Assembly: GCA_963726195.1 (NCBI GenBank)
Contig: CAVSBO010000017.1
Coordinates: 47,331-111,330 of the forward strand
Length of the DNA stretch: 64,000 bases
Source of the DNA: Candidatus Thorarchaeota archaeon
GTDB taxonomy: Archaea > Asgardarchaeota > Thorarchaeia > Thorarchaeales > Thorarchaeaceae
Direction: 5' to 3'
Below, in pieces: positions 11,001 to 21,176 of this stretch. The position numbers were made by a program, and so were the translations under genes. The notes beneath the pieces are model-generated. The model saw nothing but the letters and a program-made list of their open reading frames with translations, had not been told where the DNA came from and did not search any database. Each line of letters starts with the position of its first letter. The stretch's first letter is position 1.

Positions 11001-12953
11001 TTAAGCAACGACATCCAGCACGCCATCGAGGACTAGCTTGGTTGCTACGTATTTCATTGCTTGTAAACTCACACCTACCCTGTGGACAACGTCCTCCAAG
11101 GTTGAAGTGCCATCGCAAAGGTCGACAAACCTGACCACCACAGCTCCATAGGCTTTCCTGTCATCCTCTCCCACGTCACGCAGCTTTCTCAGAACACTCG
11201 TTGGCCCTATCTCGATCTTGAAGTCCACCCATCCGTATTTCTCCATGATCTGGAGGCACCCAATAACCATGTCCCGGGGGATACCTAGAGCTCTGACGAG
11301 ACCTCCTACCGTTTTTGTACCATCGATAGCGCCCCTAACCTGCACAATCACCTTTCCCAGTTCCCTATTGTTGAAGGGCAGCGGCCGTCCGGATGGTTTT
11401 GAGCGCACAACGTAGTCGAGATTCACCGGCCTTAGCGGGAATGGCGCAAGAAGCTGGAAGACGGAAGTCTCGAATCTCGATATATCTCCGTCCCACTTTG
11501 ACCAAACATCCTCGTAGTCTTGTTCTATGTCATGGAGCGCAGAACTCATGGCAGATCTCTGGGCATCCTCGTCGTTGTTGTTTGTTACGATTATGGCTGC
11601 TACGAAATGAGGAGACTTCTCGACAATCACCAGATTCCCTTCGTGCTCGATGGTTTCGAGTGCGTCAGTCCTTTGAGCATCATCGCTTGGCTCCTTATCT
11701 ATTCCACCAAACGAGTCAAGCGCCGATATGAGAGATACCACAGATGTTGGGTCTATGTCAGGCGTGGTATAACTGATATAGTAGACGATTTGGAAACTCT
11801 CCGCCTGTTGCAGAATGAACAATAGGTGAAGAACTCTGGCAGGCTGCTTTCCCGGTTCGATAATTGCCTCCTCAATTGCGTGTGTAGAGGGGCCTATTTC
11901 GTCACTCTCGTCCCATTCCAGTGACTCAGGATCTCCCTCGGTCGCCACTGTAGGGACTTCTTTCTGCGCGACCTGACCATCCTCTTGGTAAGGCACGTTC
12001 TCGAATCCGGGTCGGGCACGTGGCGCTTTGCCCCCTTTCGGAACCTCTAGCTCTTCCGTCTTGCGCCTGACAGTAATCATCTCGCTGAGAGGCCTATCTG
12101 GCAACTGTATTCCAACGGTCTTTGCTGAAACCTCAAGCATGAAACGAATGAACTCTTCCCTCCGCGTCTTGTCGGTTGCAACCATGGGAAAAGTGGGAGC
12201 ACCGAGCAGACGCTTGATTTTGTCGGCCTTCATCGACTCAGGAAGATCCTGCTTGTTGGCAACGATGAAAATCGGAGTTGAAGAGGCCTCCTTCCTAATA
12301 CTTCGAAGGAGAGTCTTTGTGTTCATCACATTCCTGAAACTCGAATCAGTGACCAAGAATATGACGTCTGTACCTTGGAAGTAGAATCCCCAAAGGTCTT
12401 GGAAGACTGCCTGTCCCGCGAAGTCCCATATTGTTACAAGGAAGGTGCCGAACTGAATGGTCTCAGACGAATCAACGGCCACACTTATCGTGGGAACGTA
12501 GCCGCCGGGTGCGGGTTCCTTCCCGAAGAGCAATCGGAGTAGTGTGCTCTTTCCGACACCACCAGCTCCCACGAAACTCACCTTGAATCTAGTGAATATG
12601 AGCTCTCCAAGTATATCCTCAAGGTTGTCTCGAATATAGCTCATACTGTTCCCACGCAAAGCAGTCGTGATTCTTCCTGCACTCTCTCGGACCTTGTGAT
12701 TGATGACTCTGTCTTCGTCCCTTCCGTCAGTGACGAATATCAGAAGGAGGTTATCACCCACGGGGCTGTGGAACGCCTTGTTCTGCCCAACGTAGATTGG
12801 TGTGTCCGATGAGATCCCTTGAGTGGTCATCAGATCCTTGTAGCCCGCAAGGAACTCTTTGATGTCCGAATCTGTGAATTCTATCCTCCAGAACCGGGTC
12901 CTGACCACAACGCTTCCATCTGTCTTGTCAATGAGAATCACGTTGTGTATCAT
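11001..12953 (-). CDS. Multidomain small GTPase (Arf/Rag-like): longin - GTPase - acidic linker - longin - 2 winged helices
   Basis: G1 GAGGVGKST, G2 VPTI, G3 WDFAGQ, G4 NKQD, G5 MVA. Longin-like N-terminus MIHNVILIDKTDGSVVV. C-terminal IDGTKTV and CDGTSTL wHTH-like repeats. Confidence 0.85.
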   Translation of the reverse strand: MIHNVILIDKTDGSVVVRTRFWRIEFTDSDIKEFLAGYKDLMTTQGISSDTPIYVGQNKAFHSPVGDNLLLIFVTDGRDEDRVINHKVRESAGRITTALRGNSMSYIRDNLEDILGELIFTRFKVSFVGAGGVGKSTLLRLLFGKEPAPGGYVPTISVAVDSSETIQFGTFLVTIWDFAGQAVFQDLWGFYFQGTDVIFLVTDSSFRNVMNTKTLLRSIRKEASSTPIFIVANKQDLPESMKADKIKRLLGAPTFPMVATDKTRREEFIRFMLEVSAKTVGIQLPDRPLSEMITVRRKTEELEVPKGGKAPRARPGFENVPYQEDGQVAQKEVPTVATEGDPESLEWDESDEIGPSTHAIEEAIIEPGKQPARVLHLLFILQQAESFQIVYYISYTTPDIDPTSVVSLISALDSFGGIDKEPSDDAQRTDALETIEHEGNLVIVEKSPHFVAAIIVTNNNDEDAQRSAMSSALHDIEQDYEDVWSKWDGDISRFETSVFQLLAPFPLRPVNLDYVVRSKPSGRPLPFNNRELGKVIVQVRGAIDGTKTVGGLVRALGIPRDMVIGCLQIMEKYGWVDFKIEIGPTSVLRKLRDVGEDDRKAYGAVVVRFVDLCDGTSTLEDVVHRVGVSLQAMKYVATKLVLDGVLDVVA

Positions 12954-13047
12954 TTCGTGGGGCCACCTCTGGCTTTAGTCTCAATGTGGAGTGCTGCAGC
13001 TCATGCTCGTCCTAGGTACCCACAGTAATTCCAGATAAAGAAATCCT

Positions 13048-14766
13048 CTATGGAGGCTTGAGTGCACCTGCGAGGTCAGTATCGAAACCAACAATCCAAC
13101 GCTGATGGAGCTGGGAGAAGACTGTCACTAGCACGTTAGTGGCAATGCCTGTCGCCTTCGCAATATCCTCGATGGAGTGCTTGCCATCGACGAGCCGCAC
13201 TATCTCTTTCAGGTGAGAGAACAGACCGCAGAGATCCTGTTCTGGTTCAGCAAGAAGCAGTGGAACATCCTTTGAGTTTAGGATAGGCTTCGCCTTGATG
13301 GCGCCCATCGCCTTCAGAAGATGCACGGCCCCAAGAACCATTACAGGTCCTCCTTTTCCCACAAGCTGTGACATCGTTTTCTTACCGTCGAGACTGTCCC
13401 AGACCGCGTTCAGGAAGTCTCGAACTGAAGGATCTCGAAACCTATCCCAGTTTGGCTCTTCCACTTTGTATGGAGCCATACGCGACCCCAAGTGCTCCGG
13501 CGGAAGAGTGGCCAAGAGCTTAATCGTGAATGCAGGTGCCTCATATTGATCGTTTGGATTGACGCCTTGGTCAGGTGCCTCATCAAAGTAAAGGTCAGGA
13601 AGAAAGGAAAAGCGAGAACGAATGGACTCCACATCTTCCTTGTCTCCTGTTATTAGAGTGAAAATCAGATTCTCTCTCTCTATAATGGCATACTTGAGAT
13701 CACCGGTTTGAAAGACCGAGGTTCGATTTGGGCTAGCTGGGTCAAGATGAAACATCGAAATAGCAGCCACCACGTTTGGTGCACGTTCAAGCACTTTCGA
13801 GCTGGGCTCGTAGTAATAAGTGAACACTGGCGTACCAGTCTCTTTGTCAATCACAAAGAAAGCCTGATGACCCAATGCCTTCGCTTTTGGTAAGATGCGA
13901 CTGGGACTCCAGTCAATGCTTTCATCAACAAGCCAGGTACTAAATGCAACATCAGGCTCTACGGTTATCACTCCGCACACTTGCAGCAGTGAGAGCAGAA
14001 GACGAGAGGGCTTGTCCGGCGGGCAACTGCACATCCTTGCATCAAACTGAGTCTGAAACTGCCGCACCAACTCAAGCTGATCCTGTGAACCGGGCACCAG
14101 GGCAACAGGGACGGAGGAATTCCTCTTGATGCGTTCGAGGAGCCTTCCAAGCGATTCCTTTGATGGAAGCGGCGGGCCAACGATTATGGCCATCCCATCT
14201 ATCTCTTTGAGGTCTGTCGACCAGTTGGCAGCAGGAACTTCCCTTTCGTCAATACGCTTCACTTTCACGACAAATGGACCTATTGAAACAGGGCGCAGGA
14301 AACGGTCCGGCAAGGCTAACCGCTGAATCAGGTTGGCCACAGTCATGGCCAACTTGTTCCCGGGCTGGGGGTTTTCCGGGCCGACAAAGCATATTGAAAC
14401 GTTCTTCCTAAGGCAGGCATCCACGAGCTTGGGAAAGGAGCCTCGAGCCTCTCTCCCGGAGCTCTCGGTGACTCTTCTTCTAAACGCCGCCTCAAGCATT
14501 CTAACCTTGCCTAGGTCATCGGCCGTAACAGTCGGTAAGTCGCTCACTCCAATCAGAATAGCGTTCTCACCTGTCGGACAGAATGTTACGCCTCGATCGC
14601 CGAACGAGAACGAGCTGAATCCGATCACAGACTCTGACTGCACCAACTCATAGTACCTGTCGACCACGGCCTTAATCAGCTCCTGGTCTGTTTCTGCACG
14701 GAGAAACGAACCAGATGCAACAACCCTTGAAGCTTGAAGGTCGTAGAGATAGGCTGCTGCTATCAA
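13048..14766 (-). CDS. Paralog of the adjacent gene: longin - degenerate (pseudo)GTPase - longin - 2 winged helices
   Basis: Collinear similarity to 11001..12953 (VSICFVG, IGPFVVKV, SSVPVALV, FFVIDKETGTPVF, LDGKKTM, VDGKHSI) but no GxxxxGK, DxxG or NKxD. Confidence 0.7.
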   Translation of the reverse strand: MIAAAYLYDLQASRVVASGSFLRAETDQELIKAVVDRYYELVQSESVIGFSSFSFGDRGVTFCPTGENAILIGVSDLPTVTADDLGKVRMLEAAFRRRVTESSGREARGSFPKLVDACLRKNVSICFVGPENPQPGNKLAMTVANLIQRLALPDRFLRPVSIGPFVVKVKRIDEREVPAANWSTDLKEIDGMAIIVGPPLPSKESLGRLLERIKRNSSVPVALVPGSQDQLELVRQFQTQFDARMCSCPPDKPSRLLLSLLQVCGVITVEPDVAFSTWLVDESIDWSPSRILPKAKALGHQAFFVIDKETGTPVFTYYYEPSSKVLERAPNVVAAISMFHLDPASPNRTSVFQTGDLKYAIIERENLIFTLITGDKEDVESIRSRFSFLPDLYFDEAPDQGVNPNDQYEAPAFTIKLLATLPPEHLGSRMAPYKVEEPNWDRFRDPSVRDFLNAVWDSLDGKKTMSQLVGKGGPVMVLGAVHLLKAMGAIKAKPILNSKDVPLLLAEPEQDLCGLFSHLKEIVRLVDGKHSIEDIAKATGIATNVLVTVFSQLHQRWIVGFDTDLAGALKPP

Positions 14767-14906
14767 GTCCTTGTGGTCCTCCTAGAGTGACAGGAATGTC
14801 TGAGTTCGAAGCACTAGTCCTGAACGCCAAACCTACATGAAACTTGCTCATGACACTTTCTCCTCTGTTCAAATGCACAATTGGGTTCAGAAAGGCACAT
14901 GTGCCC

Positions 14907-17163
14907 CTACGTCTCTCGAAGATAGTTCAGCACATCTCGAATCTGCTCTGGTTCAGCATGCCGCTCAGCAAGCACAGCCCGAGCATCCCCGACCCCTAGT
15001 TGGTACAGAGCGAATACCATTGACTCAATACGGCTCGAGTAGTTCAGGCCTTCTTTGAGCACGAGTCTTACCTCACTAATCAAATCACGAGCTGTTTCCT
15101 CGTGAACGCTCGACGAGCCAACAGGATCCGGGATAGGGAGAGATGCAAGTTCCCTGTTCGACACGTGATTGTTTGCGTTGCTGAGATTGAATCTCCAGTT
15201 TATCAAGTCTGAGTTCAGCACCCCGAGAAGGTAGAACAGATAGTCCCGATTCACGCGTCCCTTCAGAGAAATGTAGTTGCAGGAATTGGCCAAGATGGTC
15301 TCAGCCGGAACGAAGGCGAACTTCAGGCGCCATCGTTGTGCCCGGTTCGAGACCTGTTGGCACACGATGCGGGGCTTGTGCATGTGAGGAAGACGTTCAG
15401 AGGAATTGGACGATTTCATGAATTGATTAAGGTCCACAGACTCTGCCTTGGCCTTCTTCCTTGACCTCATTCTGTATCTCGTGATTTGAGATCCTCTGAC
15501 AAGCTCGGACCCGGAGATGTCTAGTCGGATGCTGCCTTTGTTGAGTGTCAAGTCAAGTTCGCCGCGTCGACATACCAGCCAACCGATTTTACCCAGCGGC
15601 GGGTTAGCATGCATCTTGTGCAGAACTCTCCAGCCTCTTGCATTAGCCCGGGGTATTGCGAGCGAATCTCCCATGGTGTCTCGGATTGCATCCACTGGTA
15701 TCTTGAGCGAATCCGTGTTCTCGGTCTCTTCGATGCCTGTCAGTCCAAAACACGCTTCCAAACTTCGGCTTTTCACACCCTTATCAACGACTGCAATACA
15801 GACCGACTGCGTGACCCCCGGGAACAACTTCGCATCCTCAGGGAATTCGTAGATTGCCCGTACACTGTGCTCGGTCATCAGTGTGCGACGCAGAGGTGCG
15901 GCCGACATGTCAGCCAAAAGAGTGGAGGGCACAATGAATCCCACCTGACCTCGCTTCTGAGTCAGCCTCACGGCGCGTTCAATAAACAACCTGTAACTGT
16001 CGATACTGTTTTGGCCACTGAGGCCGAAATCGCCGCACTCTCTGAAGTAAGCAACATCCTCAGCCATACGAGCCCTATAGTCGGCGTATTCGGCGGGCGG
16101 AATCGTACCATCAGAATAGGCAACGTGCTCTCGAAGAAACTCGCTGACATTGGGTTTCAGCCGGTTGTAGGGTGGGTTCATGACTACGAAATCAAAACCG
16201 CCTGAGTCACGCACGATCTCGGGAAACTCATCCAACCATTCGAAGGGATGCCTGGACCGAGGGTCTGCAAAGAAATGAGAGTTGTCTGATTTGCCATCCA
16301 ATCCCTTCAGCGAAATGAGCGAATTGCCTTGCTTGAGATCAGAACCTAGAGACCTAGTCGACGAAATCAATGCATTCGAATGGAGCACCAAGGAAATCGA
16401 AGCATCGGCGACCTCGAGGGAAGCACGATCTAGGTCAACGCCGTACAGATTCTGCCTGAAACACTCTGACAAGGATTGCTGATTGGGACCAAGCACCGAG
16501 AGGCAACTAAGCCCTATATCAGCACAGGCGCGAGCTATTCGCGTCTCTCTCGCCTTGAAAGCGAGCATCGCTGCGACCAAGAAAGCACCGGACCCACACG
16601 CAGGGTCAAGCAATCTTAGTGACATTAGATGGCGGAGGGCTTCGTCCCGCTCCTCAGGGATTCTTCGAATGATCTGGTCTAGGACGTTGCCCAGAGTCTT
16701 CTCGACAATGAAGCTGGAAACTGCTGTCGGCGTATAGAATACTCCGAGAGGCCTTCGTGTTACAATTCCTTTTGGCGAAGCGACGAGTCCGTGAGAACCT
16801 ATCAGATGAATATCTGCCAACAGGTCGGGCAGGTCAGTAATCGCCAGATGACTGAAATCGTACGACCAATCCAAGTTCAAGGTCCGCTCAAGACAAGACT
16901 TGGCAATATCAAGTACTTCCGGTTTTGATATTCCCATGCTCTCTGCAGCATACGAAAGCTCGGAGAAAGGAATCTCGCTTTGGTTGATAACCTCTTGAAC
17001 ATGAATCCGCGAGCCGGCAGCTGAGAGCCCATGTCAATGAGGCGACTCTTGCGGCCTCTGCTGCTTTCTTGAGATGCTCATGGCCGTGCTGGACTTCGTC
17101 TGTGGCTAAAGTGAAAAACCGATTGACAATTGATGCAGCAATTTCCTCTGCAGAAAGCGGCAA
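14907..17163 (-). CDS. N6-adenine DNA methyltransferase (TaqI/Eco57I-like, with C-terminal target-recognition domain); probable +1 frameshift near 17010
   Basis: GVFYTP, LLDPACGSGAF, YGVDLD, GNSL, FDFVVMNPPY, LLGVLNS. ORF 16909..17163 probably supplies the N-terminus of ORF 14907..16937. Confidence 0.88.
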
Positions 17164-17272
17164 TTGAACTCAATCCTCTTCAGAATCAGACTCACCAAAA
17201 AAACCTGTTGAGAATAGAGTAGTCAACGCTCAAACTGCCTCGGCGCGGTAAACACCAAACCAGAAATGAATG

Positions 17273-17348
17273 TGGAGCCCGCCAGGGGAGTCGCACCCCT
17301 CTAACACAGATCTGCAGTCTGTTGCGTAAGCTGATCCGCCAGACGGGC
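17273..17348 (-). tRNA. tRNA-Cys(GCA), 76 nt, encoded CCA, no intron
   Basis: Acceptor GCCCGTC/GGCGGGC, U73 discriminator + CCA, D stem GCG/CGC, anticodon arm ACAGA-CTGCAGA-TCTGT, T arm AGGGG-TGCGACT-CCCCT. Confidence 0.92.
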
Positions 17349-17517
17349 ACCTGCACGCAACACGGTTCTAACTGATATTAAGCATTGCGGCAAGAGTTGC
17401 AATGAAGTCTCGACAACCTCAAGTGACCGACAGCACAATGCGCACAGCGACGAGAAACCGACAAAGCCGTGAGGCTGAAAAGCCAGAACTGCAATCGCAA
17501 AGAGTAGGGAGAGCAAA

Positions 17518-19929
17518 ATGCCTCATGACATTCCTGAGTGGACATGGGTGATGCCATTATCCGGCGGACCCACTCGGCTAGGGAAACCACGGGGTATCCC
17601 CATTAAGACAATCCTCGGGATGCTACCGAAGTTGCGCCGAATACTGGCATGGTCGAGGGAGGCTGGCATGGGTCAGAGGGCGATCCATCCTTTCAATGAT
17701 GGAGCCAATCAAGGAGTCCCCGTTGGGGGTTTGGGCTCTGGCAGCATAGGCAGGGGCTACTTGGGGGATTTCGGACGATGGCATCTCAACATAGGCGAAC
17801 ATGTCTATTGCCCATCAATTCCTGACCAGTTCCACATATGTATTGAGAGTGGCAGCGATAGATTTGTCCAGACGCTAAATCCAAGGAAGAGGCCCCAAGA
17901 CAGGCTAGGTCTATGGGCTTGGGCGATGGACCCCAAGAGGGCAACCTACCATGCTCTCTTCCCGAGGGCTTGGACATCCTACGACTTCTCGGACCACGGG
18001 ATCAAAGCCTCCTGCGAGCAGATGTCGCCCGTCATCGCGCACAACTACAAGGAGTCCTCCTACCCTGTGGGACTGTTTGACTGGAAGGTCGCCAATGTCG
18101 CAGACTCGAAGGTGAGAATGTCACTTATGTTCACGTGGGAGGATAGCATTACACCCATGAGACAGTCCGCTAAAGGGGACTTCTCTAGAAGCGAGAGAGA
18201 CGGCAGCAAGCGAATGTTCATTGAACTGGGCCACGAGAGAACGGACGAAGTCTATCCTGTTTCTTTTGGGCTTGGGGTGGAAGGCGACAAGGAAACAATG
18301 CTCTCCAACAAGGAGTCGTTCGACACCGTAGGACATGGCGGTGACGTATGGCACGACTTCGAGAGAGATGGAATACTCAAGGAGCAGACCTCAAAGGAAA
18401 CGGAGGGACGCGGAAGACTAGGAGCAGCACTCTGTGCAACACGCGAGTTGGGCCCTGGTGAAGAGGGGGATATTACTTTCTCTTTGTCATGGGACATACC
18501 CATTATGAGGTTTGGTCAGGGGAGAGGGTGGTATCGCCGCTATGCGAGATTCTTTGACACAAGTGGAGACAATGCGATACTGATTGCTCGTGAAGCGCTT
18601 ACGCGCCGTCTTGAATGGGAAAAGTCAATCGTCGAATGGCAGAAGCCCACTCTGGAATCGGACAGACCCGGGTGGTTCAAGTCTGCTCTGTTTAACGAGC
18701 TATACTACTTGGTCGATGGATGCACAGCCTGGGAAACAGGTGATGCTGGCATTGGTCTCGTCAAAGAGGGCACGGGTCACTTTGGATACCTCGAGTGTAT
18801 TGACTATCCCTTCTACAACACATATGATGTACACTTCTATGCGTCCTTTGCGCTGGCAATGAACTGGCCCGACATTGACAACAGCATTCATCGTGATTTT
18901 GCGGACGCCGTCCTGCAGGAAGACAGCACGCTCAGAAAGTTGCTGTTCGAAAAGGGGCGGAAACCACGGAAGCCACTCGGCGTTGTACCCCATGATCTTG
19001 GTATGCCAATGGAAGACCCGTGGGTAGCGATAAATGCCTACAATGCTCAGGATGTCGGACGCTGGAAAGACCTGAACACGAAGCTCATTCTCCAAGTGTA
19101 TCGCAATTACCTCTTCACTCGTGATGAAGTGTTCCTAAGCTACTGTTGGCCGGGCGTGGTCAAGGCAGTGGAACACATCGATCAGTTCGACAAGGACGGT
19201 GACGGTCTCCCTGAGAACGAAGGCTTCCCTGATCAGACTTACGACGTCTGGGTCATGAAAGGGCCAAGTGCGTATTGTGGAGGACTGTATCTTGCTGCAG
19301 CAGAGGCAATGGTGGCGATGGCCAGAGCGCTTGGACAGAAGGAGATTGAAGACAAGTACAGCGCAGTCGTTGAGAAGGGAAAGGCCGCATTCGACAAGAC
19401 CCTCTGGACAGGTGAGTACTTCAGATATGATGGCAGTGGGGGAAAACACAGCGACAGCATTATGGCTGATCAACTGGCAGGGCTATGGTACACACATGTC
19501 TGCCAGCTGCCAAGGATTGTCGACACAGAAAAGGCCCGCAAGGCCCTTCAGACAATATTCAAGTTCAACGTACTCGGCTATGCTGGCGGCAACGCAGGGG
19601 CCATGAATGGCATGCGGCCCAATGGCTCCATCGACAAGACGAGCTTACAGTCTGCCGAGGTCTGGACTGGGACAACTTATGGACTCGCCGCCTTGATGAT
19701 TCACGAGGGGCTGATTGAGGAAGCACTGAAGACAGCCTACGGAATCTATCAGATCACATACAGAGACCGGGGCTACTGGTTTAGGACGCCCGAGGCTTGG
19801 ACAGCAGACGGCAACTACCGGGCCTCTACATACATGCGGCCTCTGGCGATCTGGGCTATCGAACACGCGTTTAGGGATCTCGAGCGGATACATCCCACTG
19901 AGCGCAAGAGAAGCGGCAAGTCTGGCTAG
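17518..19929 (+). CDS. GH116 beta-glycosidase (GBA2 / non-lysosomal glucosylceramidase family)
   Basis: GVPVGGLGSGSIGRG, SPVIAHNYKESSYP, LFNELYYL, GYLECIDY, YNTYDVHFYAS, PHDLG, DQTYD, DQLAG, EVWTG, YMRPLAIW. Confidence 0.93.
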   Translation: MPHDIPEWTWVMPLSGGPTRLGKPRGIPIKTILGMLPKLRRILAWSREAGMGQRAIHPFNDGANQGVPVGGLGSGSIGRGYLGDFGRWHLNIGEHVYCPSIPDQFHICIESGSDRFVQTLNPRKRPQDRLGLWAWAMDPKRATYHALFPRAWTSYDFSDHGIKASCEQMSPVIAHNYKESSYPVGLFDWKVANVADSKVRMSLMFTWEDSITPMRQSAKGDFSRSERDGSKRMFIELGHERTDEVYPVSFGLGVEGDKETMLSNKESFDTVGHGGDVWHDFERDGILKEQTSKETEGRGRLGAALCATRELGPGEEGDITFSLSWDIPIMRFGQGRGWYRRYARFFDTSGDNAILIAREALTRRLEWEKSIVEWQKPTLESDRPGWFKSALFNELYYLVDGCTAWETGDAGIGLVKEGTGHFGYLECIDYPFYNTYDVHFYASFALAMNWPDIDNSIHRDFADAVLQEDSTLRKLLFEKGRKPRKPLGVVPHDLGMPMEDPWVAINAYNAQDVGRWKDLNTKLILQVYRNYLFTRDEVFLSYCWPGVVKAVEHIDQFDKDGDGLPENEGFPDQTYDVWVMKGPSAYCGGLYLAAAEAMVAMARALGQKEIEDKYSAVVEKGKAAFDKTLWTGEYFRYDGSGGKHSDSIMADQLAGLWYTHVCQLPRIVDTEKARKALQTIFKFNVLGYAGGNAGAMNGMRPNGSIDKTSLQSAEVWTGTTYGLAALMIHEGLIEEALKTAYGIYQITYRDRGYWFRTPEAWTADGNYRASTYMRPLAIWAIEHAFRDLERIHPTERKRSGKSG

Positions 19930-20016
19930 CATAGGTCTCCGGTCGCATTCTATCTCCGAATCCAGACATGGGCAGGCTTATCTCCACATAGCTCGAAGGC
20001 GAGAGCCCGATGGAAA

Positions 20017-20304
20017 ATGAGAATAAAGGCCGTCCTCAGAGATGCTGAGATCCTCCGTATGACAAATGGGTCAACTGAACGCGTAGTCGCGTCAGCCGAG
20101 AAGAACTACGACCGCGTGGTGAACTTGTCAAGTCTACTGAAGGTCATGGGGCTTCGTACTGAGGATAGGCTGAAGATGCTCGAAATCCTAGAACGCTCTA
20201 GCATGCATGTCTGGCTGGCCCGTGACGGCGATCAGCACCTCATATACCTCAGCAGGAACGGACCACCTAAGGATGAGGAATTCGTCGGGTATCAGTGGAA
20301 GTAG
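20017..20304 (+). CDS. Hypothetical protein (95 aa)
   Basis: Clean ORF with natural composition between two genes. Confidence 0.65.
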   Translation: MRIKAVLRDAEILRMTNGSTERVVASAEKNYDRVVNLSSLLKVMGLRTEDRLKMLEILERSSMHVWLARDGDQHLIYLSRNGPPKDEEFVGYQWK

Positions 20305-20337
20305 GTGCGTCCCGAGTCCAAGGAGTTCGACTCATAC

Positions 20338-21090
20338 CTAAGCCCTCTTCGCGCGCTTGTCCATCTCGGCGTGAACAGATTCAATCCCGTTCTGCAAAGC
20401 AGGCGGTATGGAGGCACGGTGTTTCTTGAAGGCATCTTCTATTCGGCCAAGCTCTGTGGCAACCCGAATAGCTTCTTCGTCAAGCTCCCAAGCACGCGCC
20501 AAGGAAATCAGCTTGTCACGGCCGACGTTCTTTTCCATATTGACGATGACTTCGAACTGCTCTATCAGGTTTGATACGAGCTTGGCTAGGCCCTTGCGAT
20601 CAAAGTCCGATTCGTCAGTTTCCTCACTGACGTTGTCTTCCTCCGTCTGCAGAACATGCTGCAGGGGACCATAGGCTTCGTACGTTGTTGAGAAACGCTC
20701 GGCATGCGTCTTTGCCAGCCTGTGTGCTTCATCGTACTGCTCAGCGTCAAGAAGGAGGCTGCACAGATCATCGAGAACTATGTGAGACACTGGTTTTCTG
20801 TCCAGAAGGCCCCGATACAGTCTCTCCGCTTCTTCTGTCCGCAGCGAGTTGTCAAGAAGCCTCCCCAAAGCAGAGGTTGCCTGTTCGTCAGAGGGGTCGC
20901 TCTTTAGTACTGACCGAAGTACAGCCTCAGATTCGTTGTCTCTCCCCAGTCTTGAGAGCACTATGCCCAGCATTGTTTTGAGCCCAAGATGATTCGGATA
21001 TCGCTCCAAGGCATCCTCTACTAGCTTTAGGGCTTTCTCGTTCTCTTCGCGACTGCACAAAGCGGATACAGCATCAAGGATTCCCTGCAC
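20338..21090 (-). CDS. Tetratricopeptide repeat protein
   Basis: ALERYPNH..LGIVLSRLGRDNESE..LKSDPSD..ALGRLL helical repeats. Confidence 0.8.
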   Translation of the reverse strand: MQGILDAVSALCSREENEKALKLVEDALERYPNHLGLKTMLGIVLSRLGRDNESEAVLRSVLKSDPSDEQATSALGRLLDNSLRTEEAERLYRGLLDRKPVSHIVLDDLCSLLLDAEQYDEAHRLAKTHAERFSTTYEAYGPLQHVLQTEEDNVSEETDESDFDRKGLAKLVSNLIEQFEVIVNMEKNVGRDKLISLARAWELDEEAIRVATELGRIEDAFKKHRASIPPALQNGIESVHAEMDKRAKRA

Positions 21091-21176
21091 TACATCTGGC
21101 GTGGTTCTCAGTACCTCCCTAGAAGCGTTGGCTGCTGACCATTCTAGACAGGAGCAAGATTTGCAGACGCGTTTTT

